This document shows positions 32,170-42,442 of a DNA stretch of 64,000 nucleotides, piece after piece (position 1 is the stretch's first letter; each line of letters opens with the position of its first letter). The stretch spans positions 372,001-436,000 of the forward strand of contig OZ025676.1 in the NCBI GenBank assembly GCA_964019335.1, written 5' to 3'. A program made the translations under genes and the position numbers. This DNA is from Diplonema japonicum. Lineage: Eukaryota > Protista > Euglenozoa: Diplonemea. A model generated the notes under the pieces. The model was not told the DNA's origin. It saw only the letters and a program-made list of their open reading frames with translations, and ran no database searches.

Positions 32170-32673
32170 CTATTTGCTGCTCTTCTTCTCCTTCTTGTCC
32201 TTCTTTTCCTTCTTGTCCTTTTTGGCCTTCTTGCTCGCCTTCTCGTCAGAGTCAACAGGCTCCTTCTTCTTCTTCATCACTGCGTTGTGGACGTGCTTCA
32301 CCACACCGCCGCCCGCGATCGTGACCTGCGACAGGAGCTGGCTGAGGTCCTCGTCTTGCCTCACCGCGAGGCAGATGTGGCGGGGCTTGATTTTGTGCTG
32401 CACCTCATATTCCTCGTCGCCCTCCCTGCTCTTGCACATCTTCCACGCGCTCTTCCCCGCCAGGGTCAGCAGCTCTGACGTGCAGTACTCCATCACCGCC
32501 GTCAGGAAGACAGCAGCAGGCGCGCTCACCCTCTTCGCGAAACGGCCCTTCTTCAGGCTGCTCCCCACCCTACCCACAGGGAAGGTCAGCCCAGACCTCT
32601 GCGACTTCGACACATTCTTCTGTCCCTTCTTCGCTCCCCTCTTCTTCGGGCTGGTCTTAGTCTGGGTAACCAT
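32170..32673 (-). CDS. Highly divergent histone H2A variant (167 aa)
   Basis: SQRSGLTFPVGRV, AAVFLTAVMEY, PRHI.LAVRQDEDL and VTIAGGGV. It has an SPKK N-tail, an acidic L2 insertion and a Lys-rich C-tail. Confidence 0.92.
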   Translation of the reverse strand: MVTQTKTSPKKRGAKKGQKNVSKSQRSGLTFPVGRVGSSLKKGRFAKRVSAPAAVFLTAVMEYCTSELLTLAGKSAWKMCKSREGDEEYEVQHKIKPRHICLAVRQDEDLSQLLSQVTIAGGGVVKHVHNAVMKKKKEPVDSDEKASKKAKKDKKEKKDKKEKKSSK

Positions 32674-32952
32674 TTTGTTGTTGTTGTTGTTGTTGTTAGT
32701 GTGGTGGTTTAGGTTCACTGTGGTGTTGCTATTTTTTTTTTCTTTTCCGTTGCTTACAAATAAATGAAAGGAAAAAAAAAAAGAAACAAAGAGGGAGAAC
32801 AACAGTGGTTATCGCCACCACGCTTCTTCATCTTGAAGAAACGTTGTAGAAAAAAAAAAAAAAAAAAGAAAAGAAAAAAAAAAAAATACTACACAACAAC
32901 AAAGAAAGTGAAAAAGAAGGGGGTGAATAGGATGGGGGGTACTCGGGCCTTA

Positions 32953-33390
32953 TCAGTTCTTCTTCTTGGACTTCTTCGGCTTGGTCACATCACCACCACC
33001 GAAGGTCCCGACAGCGCTGGCACCGGCAGCAAGGGCGTGGGTCGCGAGCTCCTTGGGAAGCTGCAGCTTCACCGCCGCCATGACAGCCTTGGAGCTCAAG
33101 GTCTTCACCTGTGCGTGTGTGGTGAGGCGCCCCGCCTCCCCAGCGAGCCTGTCGAACAGGTCCACCACGAAGGAGTTCACGATCGCCATCCCCTTGGCCG
33201 TGATCTGCACCTTGTTGCCCTTTTTGTCCTGCGTCCTCATCAGCCTGTGGATGTACGTGTTGTAGCTCGCGTAGCTCGACTTCTTCCTCCTCTTCTCACC
33301 GTCATCCTCCTTCTTCACCTTCTTCACCTTCTCCTTCTTGTCCTTCTTCGACTTTCCCCTCTTTGCAACGGGCGACGACTTGGGCGACAT
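32953..33390 (-). CDS. Highly divergent histone H2B variant
   Basis: SYNTYIHRL, MAIVNSFVVDLFDRLAGEA and LPKELATHA. It has an SPK N-tail, an L1 insertion and a Lys-rich C-terminal extension. Confidence 0.92.
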   Translation of the reverse strand: MSPKSSPVAKRGKSKKDKKEKVKKVKKEDDGEKRRKKSSYASYNTYIHRLMRTQDKKGNKVQITAKGMAIVNSFVVDLFDRLAGEAGRLTTHAQVKTLSSKAVMAAVKLQLPKELATHALAAGASAVGTFGGGDVTKPKKSKKKN

Positions 33391-33779
33391 CTTGTCTTTT
33401 TGTGTTGTGGGTATTTTTTTTTTTTGCTAGCTGTTCGTGTGTTGTGTGTTCAGAGCAGTCGAAGCACGTGGGGGAGCAGCCTGGCACAATAACTAAGGTG
33501 TTATAAAAAGGAAAACGGGGGGGCTGGGGGGCAAAGTAAAGACAGAAAATAAAAGGTGGGTTTAAAAAAAATTGGAAAACAGGTGTTAAAAATGGGGAAA
33601 TATTTCAGAGACCAGACCTCACCCCTTTCCTGCAAAGCTCATGAGTCCACAAAGAGAGCTAGCCAGAGAAGACACAACAACAGGGAGGGGCAAAGGGAAG
33701 TCGGGATAAAGGTTAGAAGTGAAGTGTGGAATAAAAAAAAATTATCTCTCAACACCTCCCAGGTGTTTTTCAACATTGT

Positions 33780-34868
<1,089 letters not shown>

Positions 34869-36466
34869 AGGGCTACCGTTGGACAATTTCTTCCAATGAT
34901 TTTTCTCGCTTTAGAGATCCGTTCAAGAAGAAAAAAAAGAAAGTGCAAATGAGCTGGATATTTCATTGATCGTATCGTCCGCTAAAAATTTTATTTCTTT
35001 TTCCCCTCTCTCTTTATTCTTTTTACGAGGGGGTTGCAGAATTGAACATGCGGTGTCATCATGCTAAAGGGCTACCGTTGGACAATTTCTTCCATTTTTT
35101 TTTTTTTTCCAGTTTCTTCACTTTAAAGAATAAGCGAATTAGAAGGGAGAAAGGGAAGAAGGGTTTATCAAAAGTAAGCCAATGTTCCTACCTTTTTAGG
35201 ACTTTATATGGTACGGAAAATGATATTAAAGTCCAGATAACGGTAAGTGAATAGTGTTGTATTCTTCTTAGATAAGTTCAATTGGGGGTTACAAGAGGTG
35301 ACGGGGCCGATCCCTCCTTCATCTCTTGCTTCACTTTTCGTCATTTTCTTCACTCATTATTTAAATCGAAAAAAACGGGGGTATTTTGCCCATTTTTGGC
35401 CATCTGAGGCCATTCCGGCCCCTTAAAAGTGGGAATGAGTGCTTTACATCCCCCTTAAAATGCCACGGCGAAATAGCCTCCCCGTATTACCTTCGGAACT
35501 TGCGTGAGAAAAAAAAAAAAAAAAAAAAAGCTGTGAAAGCAGTGAAGAGTGAGTGACTTAAAAGACGAAAGAGTGAATAAAACGATTTACTTGCCGCCAA
35601 ATGAGCCATTATTAACACTCGAGTTAAATAACGGCTCATTATTTGTTGGCAATAAATAGCTATTTTTTTTTTTCTTCTTCTTCTTTTTTTTTTTTTTTTT
35701 GCTGGCAGTTCAGGTCTATAATATTGGGGGGAAGGGGGGTTTAAAAGGAAGTCTTCTGAAACGCTCCTGAACGAGAATGAAGAAAAAATCAAGTATTAGG
35801 ACATACCCCTTCCCTCACCCCCCCTTAGTTTAATGGTGTCTATACAAGCGTGGAAAAAGAGAGAAACAGAAGGGAGAGGCAAAAAGAAAAAACAAATGTG
35901 TAAAATGAGTATTTTTTCTTCTTTTTTCTTCTATTTTTTTGGGGGAAAAAAAAAAGTGTGGGCAATGCACATGGCCGGACAAAAAAAAAATTGGTCAATT
36001 ATTCGCTTGTCATTGAAATTCCCGAAAATCAAATTAAAAAAATAGCTAAAAAAAATACAGGATGCAACCTTAGGAAGTATCACTAAAAGGGGTGCGGGGC
36101 GACCGAACAATAAAAAAATTAAAAAAATAAAATAAAAAAAAACTCTTACAAGGGTATGCTATGTTTTTGCGCTCACCGGCCGATACCCGTCTGGCCGGGG
36201 CTCAGTACAGCGCAGGGAGTTATTGACGCGCTCCTTTCGCGCTGCTGGTACAGATCCATCACCCTCCCAAAGAATAATTGACCAAAAGGGCGTCCTGGCC
36301 AAAAAAAGAAAAAAATAATAAATTACCGGATTTTTACGAGGAAAATAGAGTGTTTTTTGTGTTTTTTTTATGGTTCGTTCTGCAGAATTTCTCTCATGTA
36401 TATAAAAAAAAGGCGATGTTTAAGGGCAAATCCCACTCGAGGACCACCCTTGAAAAAAAAAAAAAA

Positions 36467-37201
36467 GAGACAAACAACGTACATGGTAACCAAATAACTT
36501 TTTTCCACTCAAGTCTGTAAGCAGAATTTCCACCACTGTTTACGGTAACCCACAACTTTTTTTCCACTCTCCACGGTAACCTACAACTTTTTTTTCCACT
36601 CAAATGGTTTTTTTGTAAGAATTTTCCACTCTCCACGGTAACCTATTTTTATATCCACTAAACCATGTAAGTAATAAGAACTTTTTTTCCAACGTCCACA
36701 GTGGAGGTCTGTGTGCACTTGGGAAAAACGTGCAGGCACAACCAGGGCTCGGAAAGACACCAAGAATTGGAAGCGAAGTGAGACAGAAGGGAAAAATAAG
36801 TGCAGAACCCTCATTACTCAACTGCGCCACAGCCACAATCACTCTTCGAAGTGCTGTCCCAGTTGAAGCTTAAAAGGTCTTTTTTCCTTTTCTTTTGCGA
36901 TGACATCATGTTTTGCCCCCCTTGCTACATTTCGTACTAAACCCAATGAGGCACAAAGATGTCGGAGGTTACCGTGGACGGTGGAAAAAAAGTTAGTGGT
37001 TGCATAAGGGAAATTGTTGGTGGTTACAGTAAAAGTGGAAAAAAAGTTGTAAGTTACCGTGAACGATGGAAAAAAAGTTGTGGTTACCGTGGACGGTGGA
37101 AAAAAAAGTTGCAGGTTACCGTGGATGGTGGAAAAAAAGTTGGAGGTTTAAGGCGACGGAATGGAAAAAAGTTATTTGGTTACCGTGTACGTTGTTTTTC
37201 C

Positions 37202-37202
<1 letters not shown>
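36467..37202. mobile_element. Non-autonomous TIR DNA transposon, Mutator/foldback-like
   Basis: The left end GAGACAAACAACGTACATGGTAACCAAATAACTTTTTTCCA matches the reverse complement of the right end. Subterminal GGTAACC..ACTTTTTTTCCAC repeats are mirrored on both arms, and poly-A flanks both sides. Confidence 0.8.
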
Positions 37203-37235
<33 letters not shown>

Positions 37236-37244
37236 CCATCACAA

Positions 37245-37856
37245 CTACACAGCGATAATATCCCTGTCTGAGGCAAGGAGCCTCACAGGTTTGTTTGGCC
37301 CCCAGGTGCCTGTAAACTGAACTACCCACTTTGCGGCTTTGGTGTGATTTGTGGAGTGCTCTCGTGATATCACAATCCCGGGCGATCCCAGTGTCACAAT
37401 CGTTTTCTCACCCACATGAAAATCATGAGCTGCGGTAACGAGGGCCCCTGGCCTAAGGGACACGGAGTGGGATACCTTAGCTTCTAGTTCGTCAAGCCGT
37501 GCAAGAAAAGAGGACTCTTTTTTCCTGGCTAGGTTTTTGAGCACTTCATTCTCCTTGTCCAGCGACCTGTTCCGGGCTGCAAGGTCGTGCCTAGGCGGCT
37601 TTGTCATCAACAAAACTATCATAATCATCAGCAACCCACCCAAGAAACCTCCTATGATCGCGGGAGTTGTGCGCTTCCATTCCCTGACCCCGACGCCCTT
37701 CCGCTTCGCAGGCGACCCCTCATCAAAACACCCTGAGCCTGACAAGTCCAATTTTACTACTTTAGGTTGCATCCCCGGAGACGTCAGACTATTGAGATCA
37801 ATGACAACCGGGTGCTCCTGCGGCGTCAGCACTATCTGTTTTGGGGTACGATGCAT
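37245..37856 (-). CDS. Hypothetical single-pass membrane protein with coiled coil
   Basis: 203-aa ORF with TM IIGGFLGGLLMIMIVLLM followed by a coiled coil; same strand as the cluster. Confidence 0.65.
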   Translation of the reverse strand: MHRTPKQIVLTPQEHPVVIDLNSLTSPGMQPKVVKLDLSGSGCFDEGSPAKRKGVGVREWKRTTPAIIGGFLGGLLMIMIVLLMTKPPRHDLAARNRSLDKENEVLKNLARKKESSFLARLDELEAKVSHSVSLRPGALVTAAHDFHVGEKTIVTLGSPGIVISREHSTNHTKAAKWVVQFTGTWGPNKPVRLLASDRDIIAV

Positions 37857-38650
37857 TGGCGCATTTTTTTTTCTCGTCCTTTTTTTTTTCGCACGCAGGT
37901 CTGGTTGTTAAAAGCAATCTGCTTTCCAGGGAAAAAAAAAGAAGAAAGGAGGGAATAAAGAAATCACTATGATGGGGGGGGGGGGGGGGGAGAAATCGTT
38001 TGTATTGAAGGGAATGGGAGAAAGGAACTTCCTTGGGTTGTATTTTCCTTTTTTTTTCTCTTTCTCTTTCTTTTTTTTATTATATTTTCCTCGGATCCTT
38101 TTTTTCCCTTCTCTTATGTTCTACAGTACCTGGTGTTAATGGGGGGGGGGGGGGGGGGGGTAGGGCTTACGCATCAGATCTTTAAGCTATTTTTCTAGAC
38201 ATTCTTACACACGAGTGCCAGACCTAGGACACTCCAAGGAGGAACAGGCAGAACACTTCGCTTTGCGGATCCAAGAGATGACCCATTCCAAAGTAATTTG
38301 TGTGAAGATAAAAAAAAACTCGTATTTTGTTTGTTTAATTGTATTATTGTGTATAGCAACCACAGTTTCTTTCTTTTTTATTTTTTTTTTATTATTTTTT
38401 TTTTTTTCTGCACACAGAGCACGGCTACACTTACTCAGATGAACAGTGCCGTTGTTAGAGCAGACGAATAATCTAAGCCAAAGTAGTACATCAGGTACTT
38501 GTTAAAAAAAAATAATAAGAAAATAAAAAATTAAGACATAAAAAAGACCCCCCCTTTCGTCCCTCTTTTTTTTTCTTCCTTTTTTTAAAAAAGATAAATG
38601 CGTTCCCTCCCCCAAAAAAAATAAAGATACAAAAAAAAATACTCCCAAAC

Positions 38651-40336
38651 CTACCGGTCTACCGCCGTTTGAAACTCCGATGTGGAGGCAGCGAAGAAGG
38701 TATTCGGATCGATGTCGAACTCACGTGTTGGGTTGTTGAGCGTTGAAGGTGATTTCAAACTAGTATGATCACCTCCACACGAGGCGAGAGCGGTGACGAG
38801 GTTGCGGCACGCCCTGGTAAGAAGGTGCACGGTGCGGTAGGTGGTGGAAACAGTAGACCCGGTAACAACAAACCCCGACCCCGGCACAGGCATTATAGAA
38901 GTCGAGACCTTTGACGTTCGAACGTCGGGTACTATTGACTGGGCGATATCAAGACCTGCAAGACACACAGGGGTGAAACCCTTTCTCAGCACGCTCACTG
39001 CAATGCAATCCGCACTACTCACTGTCCACACGCACCCTATATCTCTCCGTGCCTCGTGAATCCCCGCATGTCGTGGGACATCGGCCAAGCTCTCTAGTAT
39101 ACCTGATGCCACACAACTTCTAAAATTCACTGCGTAAACAGGGGATACCAAATGTTCGCTGTGCCCCGTCGACATGGTGATGCACGCTCCGAGCTCATCC
39201 CATTTATTCCTCGCTGCGATGCGGCATGCTAAGGCCAGCAGCACTCTGTTCTGCCACATTTGTTTATTCGCGTGTTCCGTGCGCCTTGGCGACGGGGATG
39301 TCGACTTCAACGTTGTCAACAACCTGTCTGCTGTCCCGACCACGTTCTGCATCTCCTGATGGAGGTCCTCTATCGTGGTGTTGTTCCCGTTCCCCACACT
39401 AGGCGACCCTATTGCTAGCGTTGCCGATAGACATGATGAGTCGGATCCACGATGGGCTTGTACCCTGTCCCCAGTCGCAGGTTCTGTCAACGGGGTGTTT
39501 TGTTGCAAGGCTTTTCCAAGCATTTCTTCCAGTTCCATCACCTTGTTCCTCAGCGCGCTCACCTCATCTTTATATGGGATGTTATGGGGAACGTTCGCTA
39601 GGTCTGCGAGGTACATTAACTTCTGCTCCAATTGTCCTCTGTCCGCTACGGGAAGCTTGAGCAGAAGTCCACCGTCGCAGCCTATAGTCCCCTCGTCTTC
39701 GGAATATGTTAGGGTTTTAATGATTTTTGTGGACCCGTCGGGGAATGTGCATTCAAGTCTTTCGTCGCTGTACTGCAGGTGAACCATTGCCTCAGAGATG
39801 CCGTCAATGAAAGTAAAATCGTCAGCAGGGTGCATGATGGTGGAACCGAACTGAGACTTCACCTCTTCCACGTTGTCCAGGGCGTGGCGCACTGCCCTGT
39901 CGTACTTTTCACTGTCAGGCGGGCTTGGTGGCAATCGGAACGATGTTGCCTGCTTCTGTGAGCACGATCTGTGTGCACGCTTGATCTCCTTGTTGACCAC
40001 CTCGTAGTCCCTTTCCAGGTCAGGTCCTTCAATATCGTGTGACGCGTACAGATTCCCCACGTGTTCTATGGTGAGCCCCTTCTCTGGGTCTGCGTTCAAG
40101 TAGTTACACATCCCTTCCCACTCCTCTTGCTTCAGTTCTGTGTGTTCGGTGTCTTTTTGTGCTTTTGATGCTTCCGCAAAGTTCCAATATCCGTTCGCGT
40201 CCGAGTCCCAAAAACTGAACACCCTTTCGATTCTCGGGTCGCCCCTGTTATCATTCAATCTTAACTCCGGTTCCAACCCGCCTACTGAAACACTCCCCCC
40301 CGGGGAACCAAGGCTCTGCAGTTCCATGCCGAACAT
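38651..40336 (-). CDS. EF-hand + coiled-coil + degenerate class II aldolase/adducin-like domain protein
   Basis: DSDANGYWNFAE EF-hand; RVLLALACRIAA...HAGIHEARRDIGCVW resembles the aldolase II/adducin head. Confidence 0.6.
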   Translation of the reverse strand: MFGMELQSLGSPGGSVSVGGLEPELRLNDNRGDPRIERVFSFWDSDANGYWNFAEASKAQKDTEHTELKQEEWEGMCNYLNADPEKGLTIEHVGNLYASHDIEGPDLERDYEVVNKEIKRAHRSCSQKQATSFRLPPSPPDSEKYDRAVRHALDNVEEVKSQFGSTIMHPADDFTFIDGISEAMVHLQYSDERLECTFPDGSTKIIKTLTYSEDEGTIGCDGGLLLKLPVADRGQLEQKLMYLADLANVPHNIPYKDEVSALRNKVMELEEMLGKALQQNTPLTEPATGDRVQAHRGSDSSCLSATLAIGSPSVGNGNNTTIEDLHQEMQNVVGTADRLLTTLKSTSPSPRRTEHANKQMWQNRVLLALACRIAARNKWDELGACITMSTGHSEHLVSPVYAVNFRSCVASGILESLADVPRHAGIHEARRDIGCVWTVSSADCIAVSVLRKGFTPVCLAGLDIAQSIVPDVRTSKVSTSIMPVPGSGFVVTGSTVSTTYRTVHLLTRACRNLVTALASCGGDHTSLKSPSTLNNPTREFDIDPNTFFAASTSEFQTAVDR

Positions 40337-40432
40337 CCTTCACACCCCGCCCACCACCTCCCCCTCCTGCAGATTATAAACTAATTTCTGCCCTTTTATC
40401 TTCTCAAAAAAACGTTCTACTCCCCCTCCTGA

Positions 40433-42166
40433 TTACATAACTCTGTCGATGACTGGGGCCGACCGGAAGGCAAAGTCGCTGACCAGCTCCCTCATGAGCA
40501 TGGCTGGGTAAATGCTGTGGGTAATTTGAATTGAAGAAGGTCCATATACATACCTGCTAGGGAGTGTAGCTGAGAGGATGACGTTGGCCCCGAAGGGGAA
40601 TTCGGAGTCGTGGGGAGGTGTGGTCGGTGGGTTTGCTGCAATAAACTGCTCCGACGCGACAATGGCGGTTAAGTTGAGGTTGAAGTGAGTGCGCTCCATG
40701 ACCATGTTATCAGTGATGAGCATGGGTGTGGTGTCTGTGCTATCGGGGGCAGGCATCGCATAGCATTCCAAAGTACTGTATTGATTTGCCTTTTCCCCAA
40801 AAGATTTACCATACCTACAGTCACTCCATATTGGCCTGAACATTCCATGGAAGATGGCAGCTGACCCAGCAGCCTCTTCGAAATTACTCAGTGACAAGCC
40901 AAATCTCTCTGCCAAGACAGATTCATAAGCCTCCCTATTGACCCCTTCTACTTCGGGGTATGAACTAGGAATGGGTCTGTTGTCTTCAGTATCACGCATC
41001 ACGCCCACCATCGGCATGCATACGTCTTTTAAAGCGTACTGCCTCGCTTCAGTTTCAGATTCGATGAGATGGGCCTCCATGTAGTCTTCGGGATCCTGCA
41101 TGACAAGGTCGCCCGGTAGAACCGTGAAGCCCTTGCGTAGACGCCTGGATGCCATAATGTTCCAAATATAAGATTGTAGGGAAGAGAAACAGAACGAACG
41201 CAGCGATCGCGGCAACGATGACAACAGTGCTTTCTTTGGGTCACCTTCTTGAGCCATTGCGATAAGCATGTCTCGCTGAGGGCATGCGACATCTTCGAGA
41301 ATTGTTATTGCACCCTCGTAATTGTTCTGCACAAAATAGTTAAGGAGCTCGTCGTTTTTGCGGTGTAGTCTCAAGAGATCTTCGCAGCCCCTCCTCCAGT
41401 CCCCCTTCAGCATTGCGACTGCTATGTCATAAGGCTGAGCAACTGACCCCACTGAGAACCTCTGGTATCCCAGATAGTTTACAAATCCATTGTCGCGGAC
41501 TCGCCTTACCTTCTGGCATAATCGTTCCAGCCCACCGTCTTTGATGTCAACGTTTCTGATGACGTAGTTGACCTTGCTCCCTACACTCTCACCAAGGCCC
41601 ACACTTGTCGTTCGTGTGCGAAAGTCCCCCACTTTGACATCCTTGTTGAGCTCGAACATGTCGTTCACGAGTGAGAGCTGTCTCCAGGAAACATCTTTTG
41701 CCGCTGCCAGTTGTGTGGATACACAGTGAGATTCCTTTAAGCTTGCAACACTAAAGTGAGAAAGGGGTACTCCAAGGTCATTCGCAATCCGTTTCAACGC
41801 TGTCTGTGTTCCCACCCCTTCGGTGTACAAATTGAACTCCAAATACACCTCCCTTCCCTGCTTTGCTGCTTCAATGGACTCTGAATGCCGCCTTGTTCGC
41901 TTTGGGCCATATGTAACTGCATCGCTGTAACTGGGGCAAAATTTTAGCTTGCATGCGTCACCGGTTTCTCGTATCTCGCTTACTACTTGGTCTGCGCTTG
42001 TACATAGAACCCTGCCCTGCATCTCCCCACCTCCTGACATTTTCCACTCCATCCCGCATTTTTCTTCGATTCTTACGTTCACACCACCGTCAAAGCTGCC
42101 CCCACCGCTCACCATATCACTCTTTTTCCTGCCTCGAAGCGCCCATATCCGTAGGGTGCGGCGCAT
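40433..42166 (-). CDS. TruD/PUS7-family pseudouridine synthase-like protein, possibly mitochondrial
   Basis: GFVNYLGYQRF, SLQSYIWNIMASRR and PGDLV motifs; ASLKESHCVSTQ at the GxKD site; Arg-rich presequence-like N-terminus. Confidence 0.8.
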   Translation of the reverse strand: MRRTLRIWALRGRKKSDMVSGGGSFDGGVNVRIEEKCGMEWKMSGGGEMQGRVLCTSADQVVSEIRETGDACKLKFCPSYSDAVTYGPKRTRRHSESIEAAKQGREVYLEFNLYTEGVGTQTALKRIANDLGVPLSHFSVASLKESHCVSTQLAAAKDVSWRQLSLVNDMFELNKDVKVGDFRTRTTSVGLGESVGSKVNYVIRNVDIKDGGLERLCQKVRRVRDNGFVNYLGYQRFSVGSVAQPYDIAVAMLKGDWRRGCEDLLRLHRKNDELLNYFVQNNYEGAITILEDVACPQRDMLIAMAQEGDPKKALLSSLPRSLRSFCFSSLQSYIWNIMASRRLRKGFTVLPGDLVMQDPEDYMEAHLIESETEARQYALKDVCMPMVGVMRDTEDNRPIPSSYPEVEGVNREAYESVLAERFGLSLSNFEEAAGSAAIFHGMFRPIWSDCRYGKSFGEKANQYSTLECYAMPAPDSTDTTPMLITDNMVMERTHFNLNLTAIVASEQFIAANPPTTPPHDSEFPFGANVILSATLPSRYVYGPSSIQITHSIYPAMLMRELVSDFAFRSAPVIDRVM

Positions 42167-42442
42167 GCTTTATTTCCTGTCATGGAGTAACGACATTGAA
42201 GAGGTTGTAAGAATAAAAACGCAGAAACAAAAAAAAGCATGCCCAAAGTAGCTCCTATCAAGCATCTCAATTAAGGAGGGCTCGCAAGGGTCCTTCAGCA
42301 CAACGTAGGAAGATACAACAAGGAAAGTAGCGTGGCAGAGACTAATACTAATAGGAAATGGAATCCGTGACCAGAGGTGGATGATTACGGATGGCCGAGT
42401 AGCACAGTGATGCAGTGAATATTCAACAGAACTGCTTAGGTC

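Noticed and set aside
35056-35093. Sixth snoRNA copy
   Set aside because: Only the C box and upstream flank are duplicated; the guides and D box are missing.
36205-36225. U4/U6 snRNA (GCGCAGGGAG resembles kinetoplastid U4)
   Set aside because: Only about 10 nt match; there is no ACAGAGA box or other snRNA hallmark.
36480-37200. CRISPR-like array
   Set aside because: The repeats are degenerate and mirrored, with no unique spacers, in a eukaryotic context; they are transposon subterminal repeats.
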